Shown here piece by piece: positions 1-7,512 of a DNA stretch of 64,000 nucleotides; the first letter of the stretch is position 1, and each line of letters starts with the position of its first letter. The notes beneath the pieces were generated by a model. The model saw nothing but the letters and a program-made list of their open reading frames with translations, ran no database searches and was not told where the DNA came from. The translations under genes and the position numbers were made by a program. The DNA comes from an uncultured Mollicutes bacterium (GTDB lineage: Bacteria; Bacillota_I; Bacilli_A; RFN20; CAG-826): positions 6,043 through 70,042 of the forward strand of contig UQFY01000011.1 of the NCBI GenBank assembly GCA_900540385.1, in the 5' to 3' direction.

Positions 1-1
1 A

Positions 2-418
2 AGACTGGAATATCTTTCGAAATATTTCCAAACCGACATCTATCGCGTCTTCCTTTCTACCATTCGACTTTATCAAGAAGAAGGAGGGGAGATTCTAGAT
101 ATTGCTTCGCCTCTTCTAAAAGAAAGCACAGCCATAGAAGAAGATAGGATCTCACATTCTAAAAACGTGACCGCCTCGCTTGTTCAATTTTCCTCTCTTT
201 GGCTAATGAGCTTACTGGTAATGGGAATTCTTCGTTTCGGTCTTTCGTCCTTTTATCAGATACTTATCAACCATATCGGCTTTATACTGCTTGTTCTGGC
301 ATATTTCTTAATCGCTTATATATCTTTCTTTCTCTTTGCTTTAGGCATTACCAAAGAAAAAATTCAATTTAAGGGGGTGAAAATCCATGGCTTCAAAAAG
401 AAAAAACAAGTTAATTGA
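2..418 (+). CDS. Tad/type II secretion system F-family membrane protein (TadB-like), C-terminal part; 5' end outside window
   Basis: Frame 2 is open from base 2 with no stop before the ORF-track Met at 167. C-terminal hydrophobic helices. Directly precedes and overlaps a GspF/TadC-like paralogue. Confidence 0.45.
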   Translation, partial: RLEYLSKYFQTDIYRVFLSTIRLYQEEGGEILDIASPLLKESTAIEEDRISHSKNVTASLVQFSSLWLMSLLVMGILRFGLSSFYQILINHIGFILLVLAYFLIAYISFFLFALGITKEKIQFKGVKIHGFKKKKQVN

Positions 419-1070
419 ACTGTATTTAGAAGCAAAACTGAATCCAAAAATAGAACTTATCACTTTGGGAATTGTCGATTTAGCTCTTCTTGCTATGGGC
501 ATTCTCCTTTATTGGAAGACAAAGCAGATCGTAGGTTTATTAGCAGTCGTGCTTCTTCTTTTAGGGGTGGACTATTACCTCTTAGGAAAGCCAAAACGAA
601 TCCTCGATAACAAAAAGAAAGAATTAGAAAACGAATTTGTGCATATTTTCGCCTATTTCGAAATCTTCGTAAAAAACGGAAGGCCAGTTTATAACGCATT
701 AGAAGATTGCCTTCGTTATGCAAGTAAGGAATTGTCTGAAAAGATACGTGCTTTATTAAATGATATCGATCATGACAAAAGCGTAACCCCTTATATGAAA
801 TTTGCCGAAAACTTCACCAATCTAGAAATACGTCAGGTTTTAGTATCCGTTTACAAAATGTCTATTGAAGGTGGAGGGGAAGAGTATCTCACTCAATTTG
901 ATACCCTCTTTCATTCCCTCTCTGTTTCAAAACGTCAACAAAACCTAGAGAACGAGAAAGCACGCTTTGGAAACTTCAACTTTCTTCCCTTGCTTGCTTC
1001 CGCTTTATCGATGGGGATTATCGCTGTTTCTGTCGTTATCTTGATGGAGGAATACGCAAATGTCATCTAA
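387..1070 (+). CDS. Type II secretion system F-family protein (TadC-like pilus assembly membrane protein)
   Basis: 227 aa. N-terminal double TM, a soluble helical domain and a C-terminal TM, as in TadB/TadC. GGGGGTG RBS 8 nt upstream of the ATG. Confidence 0.55.
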   Translation: MASKRKNKLIELYLEAKLNPKIELITLGIVDLALLAMGILLYWKTKQIVGLLAVVLLLLGVDYYLLGKPKRILDNKKKELENEFVHIFAYFEIFVKNGRPVYNALEDCLRYASKELSEKIRALLNDIDHDKSVTPYMKFAENFTNLEIRQVLVSVYKMSIEGGGEEYLTQFDTLFHSLSVSKRQQNLENEKARFGNFNFLPLLASALSMGIIAVSVVILMEEYANVI

Positions 1071-1404
1071 TATCAGTTTCCTTTTATCGTTAGCGTTCGT
1101 TTTATCGATGTTTGCTTATGCCGGTGACCTTTGCCATATGCAAATGGTTTATGCGCAATTAGATAGTTTGGCCATTTCTGCTGGAAAACTAATTAGCAGA
1201 AACTGGAGTATAAACGAAGACGTTATCAAACTTGTCTCGAATGATAACGCTCATATTGTCTCTCTAAACAAGGAGAGCTACATACCAGGGGAAGGTGACG
1301 CTTTTCTTTTCCAAATATGGAAAGAATATAAGTCTCTCGCCTTCTCTAGTGAGACAAAACAAATATGTATCAATCGATCCGTGGTTCTCGGATATAAAGG
1401 TTGA
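1060..1404 (+). CDS. Hypothetical membrane-anchored protein, possibly TadE-like pilus-associated
   Basis: 114 aa with one N-terminal hydrophobic helix. Overlaps the upstream tadC-like stop and is translationally coupled. Sits between tadC-like and pilin-like genes. Confidence 0.4.
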   Translation: MSSNISFLLSLAFVLSMFAYAGDLCHMQMVYAQLDSLAISAGKLISRNWSINEDVIKLVSNDNAHIVSLNKESYIPGEGDAFLFQIWKEYKSLAFSSETKQICINRSVVLGYKG

Positions 1405-1424
1405 AAAGAAAGGAGGAAAAAACA

Positions 1425-1610
1425 ATGAGTGAATTAAAAGGACAATTATTGGCCATGATTCTTACTTTAGCTGCATTTGGAACAATTGCCGCAGTCTTAA
1501 TCCCAACATTCCAAAAGAGCGCGAAAGAAGTGGATAGAGAAATCACTATCACCGATTCTAACTCGATTAGCAATGTTAAAGGCTCTTCAGCTAATATGTT
1601 TGAAATCTAA
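1425..1610 (+). CDS. Putative Flp/type IV-like prepilin
   Basis: Starts MSELKG then QLLAMILTLAAFGTIAAVLIP: a short charged leader ending in Gly followed by a hydrophobic helix. AGGAGG RBS 8 nt upstream of ATG 1425; the ORF-track TTG at 1401 is less likely. Confidence 0.45.
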   Translation: MSELKGQLLAMILTLAAFGTIAAVLIPTFQKSAKEVDREITITDSNSISNVKGSSANMFEI

Positions 1611-1684
1611 GAAATGAAATCGTTTCTTTGATTGCCTCATCATAAAAAGTCCTTATAATAATGAAAGTTAAGAGGTCATTAACG

Positions 1685-1921
1685 ATGAGCGCAAACCAAT
1701 TAGACGAAATTAGAAAACAATTCTGTGAAAAACTTCACCTTGATTCCATCGACGATAGCAAACCAATGAAAGATCTTGGTTTGGATAGCCTTGATGTTGT
1801 CGAGATGTGCTTAGATTTGGAAGATAAATATGGCTTCCAATTCACCACAGAAGAGCTTGCTTCATTCAAGACTGTCGGTGATTTATTCGATCTCATCGAT
1901 AAAAAGCTTGAAAGCAAATAA
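1685..1921 (+). CDS. acpP: Acyl carrier protein
   Basis: LGLDSLDVVE phosphopantetheine-attachment motif in a 78-aa acidic protein. AGAGG RBS before ATG 1685. A TATAAT at 1654-1659 makes the ATG at 1661 unlikely. Confidence 0.85.
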   Translation: MSANQLDEIRKQFCEKLHLDSIDDSKPMKDLGLDSLDVVEMCLDLEDKYGFQFTTEELASFKTVGDLFDLIDKKLESK

Positions 1922-1938
1922 TTATTTCGTTTCTTAAA

Positions 1939-1963
1939 GGCGCTTCGTTTGAAGCGCTTTTTC
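1939..1963 (+). terminator. Rho-independent terminator of acpP
   Basis: GGCGCTTC-GTTT-GAAGCGCT hairpin followed by a T-run. Confidence 0.7.
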
Positions 1964-2166
1964 TGTAGTTAAGACGACATAATTCAACTTTTAGATGATG
2001 ATTTCGGATAGGAAGTAGGAATCTTGTTCAAACCATATGCAAATGAAGATTTCTTTAGGAAAAATCTAAGTTTTTCTTTAGAAGAACAAAAAAGAAAATA
2101 TTGCTTGCAAAGAATATGGGTAATTAGTAATATATTTCGTGCGCGGTAACTCGCGTGTAATGATGC

Positions 2167-2241
2167 GCTCACTTAGCTCAATGGCAGAGCAATCGGCTGT
2201 TAACCGATTTGTTGTAGGTTCGAGCCCTATAGTGAGCGCCA
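2167..2241 (+). tRNA. tRNA-Asn (GTT)
   Basis: Hand-folded cloverleaf. Acceptor GCTCACT/AGTGAGC, D arm GCTC-AATGGCA-GAGC, anticodon loop CTGTTAA, T arm GTAGG-TTCGAGC-CCTAT, encoded CCA. Confidence 0.9.
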
Positions 2242-2247
2242 TTTTAT

Positions 2248-2324
2248 GGCCTGTTGGAGAAGAGGCTTAACTCATATCCCTTTCAAGGATACATTCATGG
2301 GTTCGAATCCCGTACAGGTCACCA
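2248..2324 (+). tRNA. tRNA-Glu (TTC)
   Basis: Begins GGCCTGTTGG. Anticodon stem TATCC/GGATA with loop CTTTCAA, T loop GGTTCGAATCC, 3' ACAGGTCACCA. Close to the Firmicute tRNA-Glu pattern. Confidence 0.9.
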
Positions 2325-2334
2325 ACAAGAAAAT

Positions 2335-2361
2335 AACGGCACTGGAAAATGCCGTTTTTTA
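2335..2361 (+). terminator. Rho-independent terminator after the tRNA pair
   Basis: AACGGCA-CTGGAAAA-TGCCGTT followed by T6. Confidence 0.75.
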
Positions 2362-2406
2362 TATTTTTAGGGAGATCTAAAGTTTCAATAGAGTATGTTT
2401 TTATTT

Positions 2407-2700
2407 TTAAAACTCATTTTTTAAGCGATAATATTTAGTTTTTGTAATTCCTAATTGTTGAATGGCTACTTTTGGGGTCGTTTCCTTGTTTTCAACCTTT
2501 GCTAAAAGTTCAAGAAATAATAATTTATCGGTTTTAATAGGCTTTCTTCCTTTATAGAGATGTTCTTTTTTGGCCACATCGATTCCCTTCATTTGTTTTT
2601 CTTTATCTTGCTTATATGAGCGGGTATGTCTTCATTTTTTGCGAACGAACAAATCTTCCTTCTGATTGGTTTAATAGCCCAATGGCTCCTTTTTCTAATA
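2407..2700 (-). pseudogene. Serine recombinase (resolvase/invertase) remnant: intact C-terminal HTH, decayed catalytic domain
   Basis: The 61-aa ORF reads KGIDVAKKEHLYKGRKP...VAIQQLGITKTKYYRL, which is the resolvase linker plus HTH_7-type helix. In the same frame a TGA lies 13 codons upstream of its Met. No N-terminal Ser catalytic domain ORF is left. Confidence 0.55.
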
Positions 2701-2872
2701 GTGATTGACATTGGTATAATGAAGCCTCAAATACGGATGGTCGGCATTGGCACTATATTGATGGCAAACCAACAATCTGGACAAAGCAACGTTTCTTTCT
2801 AAAACGTTTTTGTCTATTTCCTTTTTCTTTTCGTTTCTTCTATAATTTTCGTTGTTTTTTTGGAGGAAAATT

Positions 2873-3466
2873 ATGAGCAGTAACACAAAAACAAATAAGA
2901 CTCCTTTGGCACATATCTTCTTTTTAATCGCTGGGATTCTTCTTGTTGTCTATTATCTTTTGAGTGAAGGAATGCCTTCTTTAGGCAATAACATCGTTTC
3001 TTTGATGAAATTCATTGTGGAATTATTCATCCTTATTCTTTTGATTGGTTTCTATTTTTATTTCTTGTTTGGCGGAAAGGGATGCGAAGGTACGATTAAA
3101 TCCATTGCTCCGGCCTTATTGGTCCTTATTGTCGTTGGCGCTTATTCAATGAATTTCGGAAGTTCTGAAGCGTCCTCTGTTATTTCTGGCATTGCCAAAA
3201 TGTTCTATGTCTTAATGATCGCCTGCGGTTTCACCTTCTTATTTGTCCATAACAAAGTATTAGGCTTAACCTTTGCTTATGCGAGTGTTGTATACGCATG
3301 TTTTGTCTCAGTTTCCTATACGGTCGTCGTGATTATGGATCTTGTGAATGGTGGAAGTTTCTCTACTAGTAAACTCTTTGAAACCATTTGCTATGCAACA
3401 TCACTTTGCTTACTTTTTGCTGGTGCCTATAAAGCAAACAAAAACAAAGCGCTTACTCTAAACTAA
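2873..3466 (+). CDS. Hypothetical polytopic membrane protein
   Basis: About 6 predicted hydrophobic helices. GGAGGA RBS before ATG 2873. Confidence 0.6.
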   Translation: MSSNTKTNKTPLAHIFFLIAGILLVVYYLLSEGMPSLGNNIVSLMKFIVELFILILLIGFYFYFLFGGKGCEGTIKSIAPALLVLIVVGAYSMNFGSSEASSVISGIAKMFYVLMIACGFTFLFVHNKVLGLTFAYASVVYACFVSVSYTVVVIMDLVNGGSFSTSKLFETICYATSLCLLFAGAYKANKNKALTLN

Positions 3467-3481
3467 TTGTTACCTAAAATG

Positions 3482-3513
3482 AAAAGCGTTCCCCAACCGA
3501 GGGAACGCTTTTT
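3482..3513. terminator. Bidirectional terminator between convergent genes
   Basis: AAAGCGTTCCC-CAACCGA-GGGAACGCTTT, flanked by an A-run on the left and a T-run on the right. Confidence 0.75.
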
Positions 3514-3526
3514 CCTTAATGATGAA

Positions 3527-4126
3527 TTAAACCTTAAGCGTGTACTTCAACGTATACACGCCATTTCTAGACATACCAGCGTCTTCAATAAAAATCTTCA
3601 GCAAATAAGAGGTTGCATCCGTATTTAATTCGTAACGCATATCCAAAGACCAAACAGCTCCATCCTTTAAATATCCGTTTTCTAATTCTGCATCTCTCAC
3701 GTAATAGAATTTATAAAGAGAAGAAGGGTTTGTGTCGTGATAATCCTCTAAATCTGTCTTGGGAAGAATGTAATACCAAGTTGTATCTTCACTTAAAGCA
3801 TGAAGATGGGTGATTCCAAATTGTCCTTCATAATTTGTTTTAAAATAATCCAAGTATGTTTGGGCGTTTTGTTTCATGATTTCTTCACTTGGACAAGTTT
3901 GGTGGAAAGAATAGCCATTGTTGAACCAATGAAGGTCGCTACTCATATCGCCTGTTAAACCTGTTGGAGCGGCTAACCCCTCTAAGCCAACGGCTTTTAA
4001 TTCCTCGTTTGTAAACCAAGCAGAGGAATCGTGCGTTTCATTTGATCCAACAATTGTTTCTTCTCCGCAAGAAGCTAACATAAATAAAGAAGATAATAGT
4101 AATGGTAAGAGAACTTTCTTTTTCAT
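3527..4126 (-). CDS. Hypothetical lipoprotein
   Basis: MKKKVLLPLLLSSLFMLASCGEE gives a signal peptide with lipobox LASC. Start set at the internal Met at 4126. Confidence 0.7.
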   Translation of the reverse strand: MKKKVLLPLLLSSLFMLASCGEETIVGSNETHDSSAWFTNEELKAVGLEGLAAPTGLTGDMSSDLHWFNNGYSFHQTCPSEEIMKQNAQTYLDYFKTNYEGQFGITHLHALSEDTTWYYILPKTDLEDYHDTNPSSLYKFYYVRDAELENGYLKDGAVWSLDMRYELNTDATSYLLKIFIEDAGMSRNGVYTLKYTLKV

Positions 4127-4334
4127 AGCCTTTAAAACCCAACTGGGTTCCCTCCTAGGTGAATGAACACCTTTTATATTTAAGACCATCAAGATATTTT
4201 TGTATATGAAATTAAAATAAGATAGTAAAAAGAGGAATCTTTTACTTCCTGTTTTGTTAATCGATTTGCCTCCATTTTTGATTGCTAAGCGATATTCGTT
4301 GCCTTAAACTATCCTCAAGAAATGTAAGAAAAGT

Positions 4335-4541
4335 ATGAAAAGTAAAACAAAAACAATAGGCACAGCCATCGTAGGAAAGAAAGGACAAATCGTCATTCCC
4401 TCGGAGATTCGTAACATGTTTGGAATTGAAGAAGGGGATACGCTTATCTTAATGGCGGATAAAAAAAGAGGCATTGCCATCGTTAAAGGTGACTTTGTTT
4501 CTTCTGTCTTGGAAAAAGAAGGAGTTCTTTCTAATGAGTGA
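4335..4541 (+). CDS. AbrB/MazE/SpoVT-family DNA-binding protein
   Basis: GQIVIPSEIRNMFGIEEGDTLIL is the swapped-hairpin SpoVT-AbrB signature. 68 aa. Overlaps the downstream ABC gene by 8 nt (ATGAGTGA). Confidence 0.75.
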   Translation: MKSKTKTIGTAIVGKKGQIVIPSEIRNMFGIEEGDTLILMADKKRGIAIVKGDFVSSVLEKEGVLSNE

Positions 4542-5406
4542 ATGTATTTTAGAACTAAAACATGTTGAAAAACATTACCCATCTTTTTCCTTAAAAGATG
4601 TCTCTTTCTCTCTTCATGAAGGAGAAATCATGGGCTTTATTGGAAGAAATGGCTCTGGGAAGACGACGACTATCAAAGCTATATCTGGCTTAATTGATAT
4701 CAATAAAGGGGACATTCTTTTTCAAGGGAAACCCGTATCCGAGAACGAAAAAGGAATGAAAAACGAAATTGGTCTCCTTTTTGGTGGAGTTGATTTCTAT
4801 CCTAACGCCAAGGTGAAAGACCTTACGAAAGTAAGTTCTCGTTTCTATCATTCTTGGGATCAAAGTCTTTATGAAAAATGGTTAAAATTCTTCGAAATTA
4901 ACGAAGAAAAGAAAATCAAAGAACTTTCCAATGGCATGAAAGTAAAATACGGTCTTTCTTTAGCCTTATCCCATCAAGTAAAGCTTCTTCTGCTTGATGA
5001 GCCTACAAGCGGGCTTGACCCTGTATCTCGTGACGAATTGCTGGATTGTTTTAGGGATATTGCTAAAAAGAAAAACATTGCCATTCTTTTTAGCACCCAC
5101 GTTATTTCTGACTTAGAAAAATGTGCAGATTCCATAACCTATATCCGTAAAGGTGAGATTCTTTCTTCAAAAAACGTCTCCTCTTTTAAAGAAGACTATC
5201 TCTATGTAAAAGGGAAAGAAGAGGATCTTAGCGAGGAGAAAATCCTTAAAATGGAGCATCTTCGTAAAAAAGATGACTTCTTTGAAGGAATTATCGAAAA
5301 GAAAGATGAAACACTCTTTTCCCTTGAAGAAAAACGTCTTCCATCGTTAGAAGAAATCATGATTGCCAAAGAAAGGACTGATGAAAATGAAGAATCTCCT
5401 TTATAA
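4534..5406 (+). CDS. ABC transporter ATP-binding protein
   Basis: Walker A GRNGSGKTT, signature LSNGMK, Walker B LLLLDEPTSGLD, H-loop STH. Confidence 0.9.
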   Translation: MSECILELKHVEKHYPSFSLKDVSFSLHEGEIMGFIGRNGSGKTTTIKAISGLIDINKGDILFQGKPVSENEKGMKNEIGLLFGGVDFYPNAKVKDLTKVSSRFYHSWDQSLYEKWLKFFEINEEKKIKELSNGMKVKYGLSLALSHQVKLLLLDEPTSGLDPVSRDELLDCFRDIAKKKNIAILFSTHVISDLEKCADSITYIRKGEILSSKNVSSFKEDYLYVKGKEEDLSEEKILKMEHLRKKDDFFEGIIEKKDETLFSLEEKRLPSLEEIMIAKERTDENEESPL

Positions 5407-6049
5407 AGAACTGAAACTCTGTGTGCCTCTCCAAACCTGGATTTTTATATTTTTATCCATCACCATCATGATTCCTTCCTGGCCTAGCTTGATTTCTTTC
5501 TTTTATCCTTTAGCGGGAATTACCGTGGTTTTTACCCTCTCTAACGCCAATCGTGATTTGTTATACACCTCGATTTTACCTTTAAGGAAAAAGGATGTGG
5601 TCAAAGGGAAAGTCCTCCTTATTTCTTCCTTAGAAATTATTAGCATGCTTGTTTCCCTTCCTTTTGGTTTCTTAAAGCTCTTTCTTCAAAAGGGCTTACC
5701 AGAAGAGCAAATCTATCCTGAACTCGGATTTAATCTTGCTTTATATGGCTTCGTCTTCCTTGTCTTTGGTGTCTTTAATTTGATTTGTTTCCCATGGTAC
5801 TACAAGAAGCCTGAAGCCAAAGTCACCTTGCCATTTCTTATTTCTGATTTGGTTACCATTCTTTTAATTAGCTTTATTATGGCCGTTTTCATTCTTTTCC
5901 CAGAATTTGCTAACTACGTGAATTCATATGAGCTGCCGAATCTTTTAACCCAGATTGCCATTCTATTGGGTGGTTTACTTAGCTTCTTAGGCTTTACCTT
6001 CTTGGCTAATCATCTTGCTCAAAGGAACTTTCAAAAGGTAGATATTTAG
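5381..6049 (+). CDS. ABC-2-type membrane permease partner
   Basis: About 6 TM helices. Starts inside the 3' end of the ATPase gene. Typical three-gene AbrB/ATPase/ABC-2 unit. Confidence 0.6.
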   Translation: MKMKNLLYKELKLCVPLQTWIFIFLSITIMIPSWPSLISFFYPLAGITVVFTLSNANRDLLYTSILPLRKKDVVKGKVLLISSLEIISMLVSLPFGFLKLFLQKGLPEEQIYPELGFNLALYGFVFLVFGVFNLICFPWYYKKPEAKVTLPFLISDLVTILLISFIMAVFILFPEFANYVNSYELPNLLTQIAILLGGLLSFLGFTFLANHLAQRNFQKVDI

Positions 6050-6077
6050 CAACCAACGAATTTAATTGTTACCCAAA

Positions 6078-6112
6078 AGAGTCTTAGAGAAACGTTGCTA
6101 AGTCTCTTTTTT
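6078..6112 (+). terminator. Probable terminator of the ABC-2 operon
   Basis: AGAGTCTTAG ... CTAAGTCTCT with one mismatch, followed by T6. Confidence 0.5.
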
Positions 6113-6310
6113 GAAAAAGTTTTCTTTTTAACAATCATCTCATTTTAAAATTTCGCTTTTTCATGCAGGGATGAACGAAACACACGATTTCAAGTCAATT
6201 AGTTCCCTACAAAAACGCACTTTTTATTGAACGCTTTTCTATAGAATAGGAAGAAAAGAAAGGTAACAAAAAAGAACAAGAATCATAAAGAATCTTTCTT
6301 TCTAAGCGCA

Positions 6311-6328
6311 TTGTTAACTTGTTAACTA
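6311..6328. promoter_or_regulatory. Tandem GTTAAC motif (TTGTTAAC TTGTTAAC), candidate LacI-family autoregulatory operator
   Basis: Near-palindrome GTTAAC-TT-GTTAAC about 20 nt upstream of the lacI-family ATG. Shares the AGTTAAC/GTTAACT half-site with the palindrome at 7439-7458. Confidence 0.35.
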
Positions 6329-6346
6329 ACGTCTATACTAAAACTA

Positions 6347-7393
6347 ATGAAAAAACCAAGCATCTATGACATTGCTAAGAAAGTAGGGGTATCTGCTGCT
6401 ACCGTATCCTACGTATTGAATGGCAAAGAAGGAAAGGTTTCTCTCCCAACAAAGAAAAAGATTTATCAAGCTATGGATGAACTCGGCTACACCCGTGATC
6501 ATGCGGCTGTATCTTTGTCCACCGGCAAAAGCCATTTGATTGGTCTAACCTTCCCATATCTTTCCCCATCGGAGGCTTTTTTGAATAACCCATTCTACGC
6601 TGAATTTCTTGGTTTCTTTGAAGAAACCCTTCAAAAGAATGGATACGATGTTATCTTAGGTTCCTCTATCTCGCCCTTAGATTTAGAAAAATGGTATAAA
6701 TCTCGCGCATTAGATGGAATTATGGTTCTTGGATCACTTAGCAAGGAAATCGAAAAAGAACTTCTTAAACTCAATGCGAAGGTCGCTCTTGCAGACGTAT
6801 ATGAAGAGTATGAAGCACCTTTTCCAAACATTCGTATCAATGATGAAAATGGTGAGTATCGGGCAACGAATCATTTAATTTCGCTAGGACATCATAAAAT
6901 CGGCTACTTGGGTGGCCCATCCTCTTCCATTGTTAACCGTAAACGTTATTGGGGCTATGAAAGAGCCATGATTGAACATGATTACCCTATCCCTAAGGAT
7001 TGTATCTTTCATTCTTTGACAACCTTAGAAGGCGGATACCAAATTGGTGATACGATTAAAGAAAAACTATCTAATATGACAGCAATTGTAGTGGATGCGG
7101 ATATCGTTGCAATTGGCCTTGTTCGTCGTCTTTTAGAACTTGGCGTAAAACTGCCTGAAGAACTCTCCATCATCGGCTTCGACGATATTCAGCCGGCGCA
7201 ATATATCTATCCAACTCTTAGTACGGTTCATCAAGACATTAAAGAAAAGGCGATTCTTTCTGCGAAAACGATTTTAGAAGAAATCAAAAAGCCTTCTTCA
7301 AATAAAAAAACATACGTCATGGAGCCTCGTATTGTAAGCCGTTCCTCTTGTTTGAAAATAGATGAAAAGAAAGCCCTTACAGAAATGATTTAA
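6347..7393 (+). CDS. LacI-family transcriptional regulator
   Basis: N-terminal HTH PSIYDIAKKVGVSAATVSYVLNG followed by a periplasmic-binding-fold sugar sensor domain. Confidence 0.9.
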   Translation: MKKPSIYDIAKKVGVSAATVSYVLNGKEGKVSLPTKKKIYQAMDELGYTRDHAAVSLSTGKSHLIGLTFPYLSPSEAFLNNPFYAEFLGFFEETLQKNGYDVILGSSISPLDLEKWYKSRALDGIMVLGSLSKEIEKELLKLNAKVALADVYEEYEAPFPNIRINDENGEYRATNHLISLGHHKIGYLGGPSSSIVNRKRYWGYERAMIEHDYPIPKDCIFHSLTTLEGGYQIGDTIKEKLSNMTAIVVDADIVAIGLVRRLLELGVKLPEELSIIGFDDIQPAQYIYPTLSTVHQDIKEKAILSAKTILEEIKKPSSNKKTYVMEPRIVSRSSCLKIDEKKALTEMI

Positions 7394-7408
7394 GTTAACA
7401 TTTTTCGT

Positions 7409-7428
7409 TATATCTCTATAGAGATATA
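7409..7428. terminator. Perfect 20-bp palindrome TATATCTCTATAGAGATATA: weak terminator of the regulator gene or a second operator
   Basis: Perfect dyad 16 nt after the lacI-family stop, followed by TTTT. Confidence 0.4.
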
Positions 7429-7438
7429 TTTTAAAGAA

Positions 7439-7458
7439 ATAGTTAACCGATTAACTAT
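7439..7458. promoter_or_regulatory. Candidate LacI-family operator ATAGTTAACCGATTAACTAT
   Basis: 20-bp dyad (one mismatched pair) with a central CG, as in LacI/GalR operators. Lies 55 nt upstream of the first structural gene. Confidence 0.5.
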
Positions 7459-7512
7459 TTTTCTTTTCTATTCTATTTTTTGGTGAAATAATAATGTCAG
7501 TGAGGAATAAAA

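Noticed and set aside
1984-2172. 62-aa minus-strand ORF.
   Set aside because: Its start overlaps tRNA-Asn. It lies in the AT-rich intergenic or promoter region upstream of the tRNAs and has no RBS.
3464-3479. The 16-mer TAATTGTTACCTAAAA recurs as TAATTGTTACCCAAAA at 6063-6078, both just before terminators.
   Set aside because: A 15-of-16 match between two sites is roughly what chance allows in 64 kb of AT-rich sequence on both strands. No further copies or dyad symmetry were seen.
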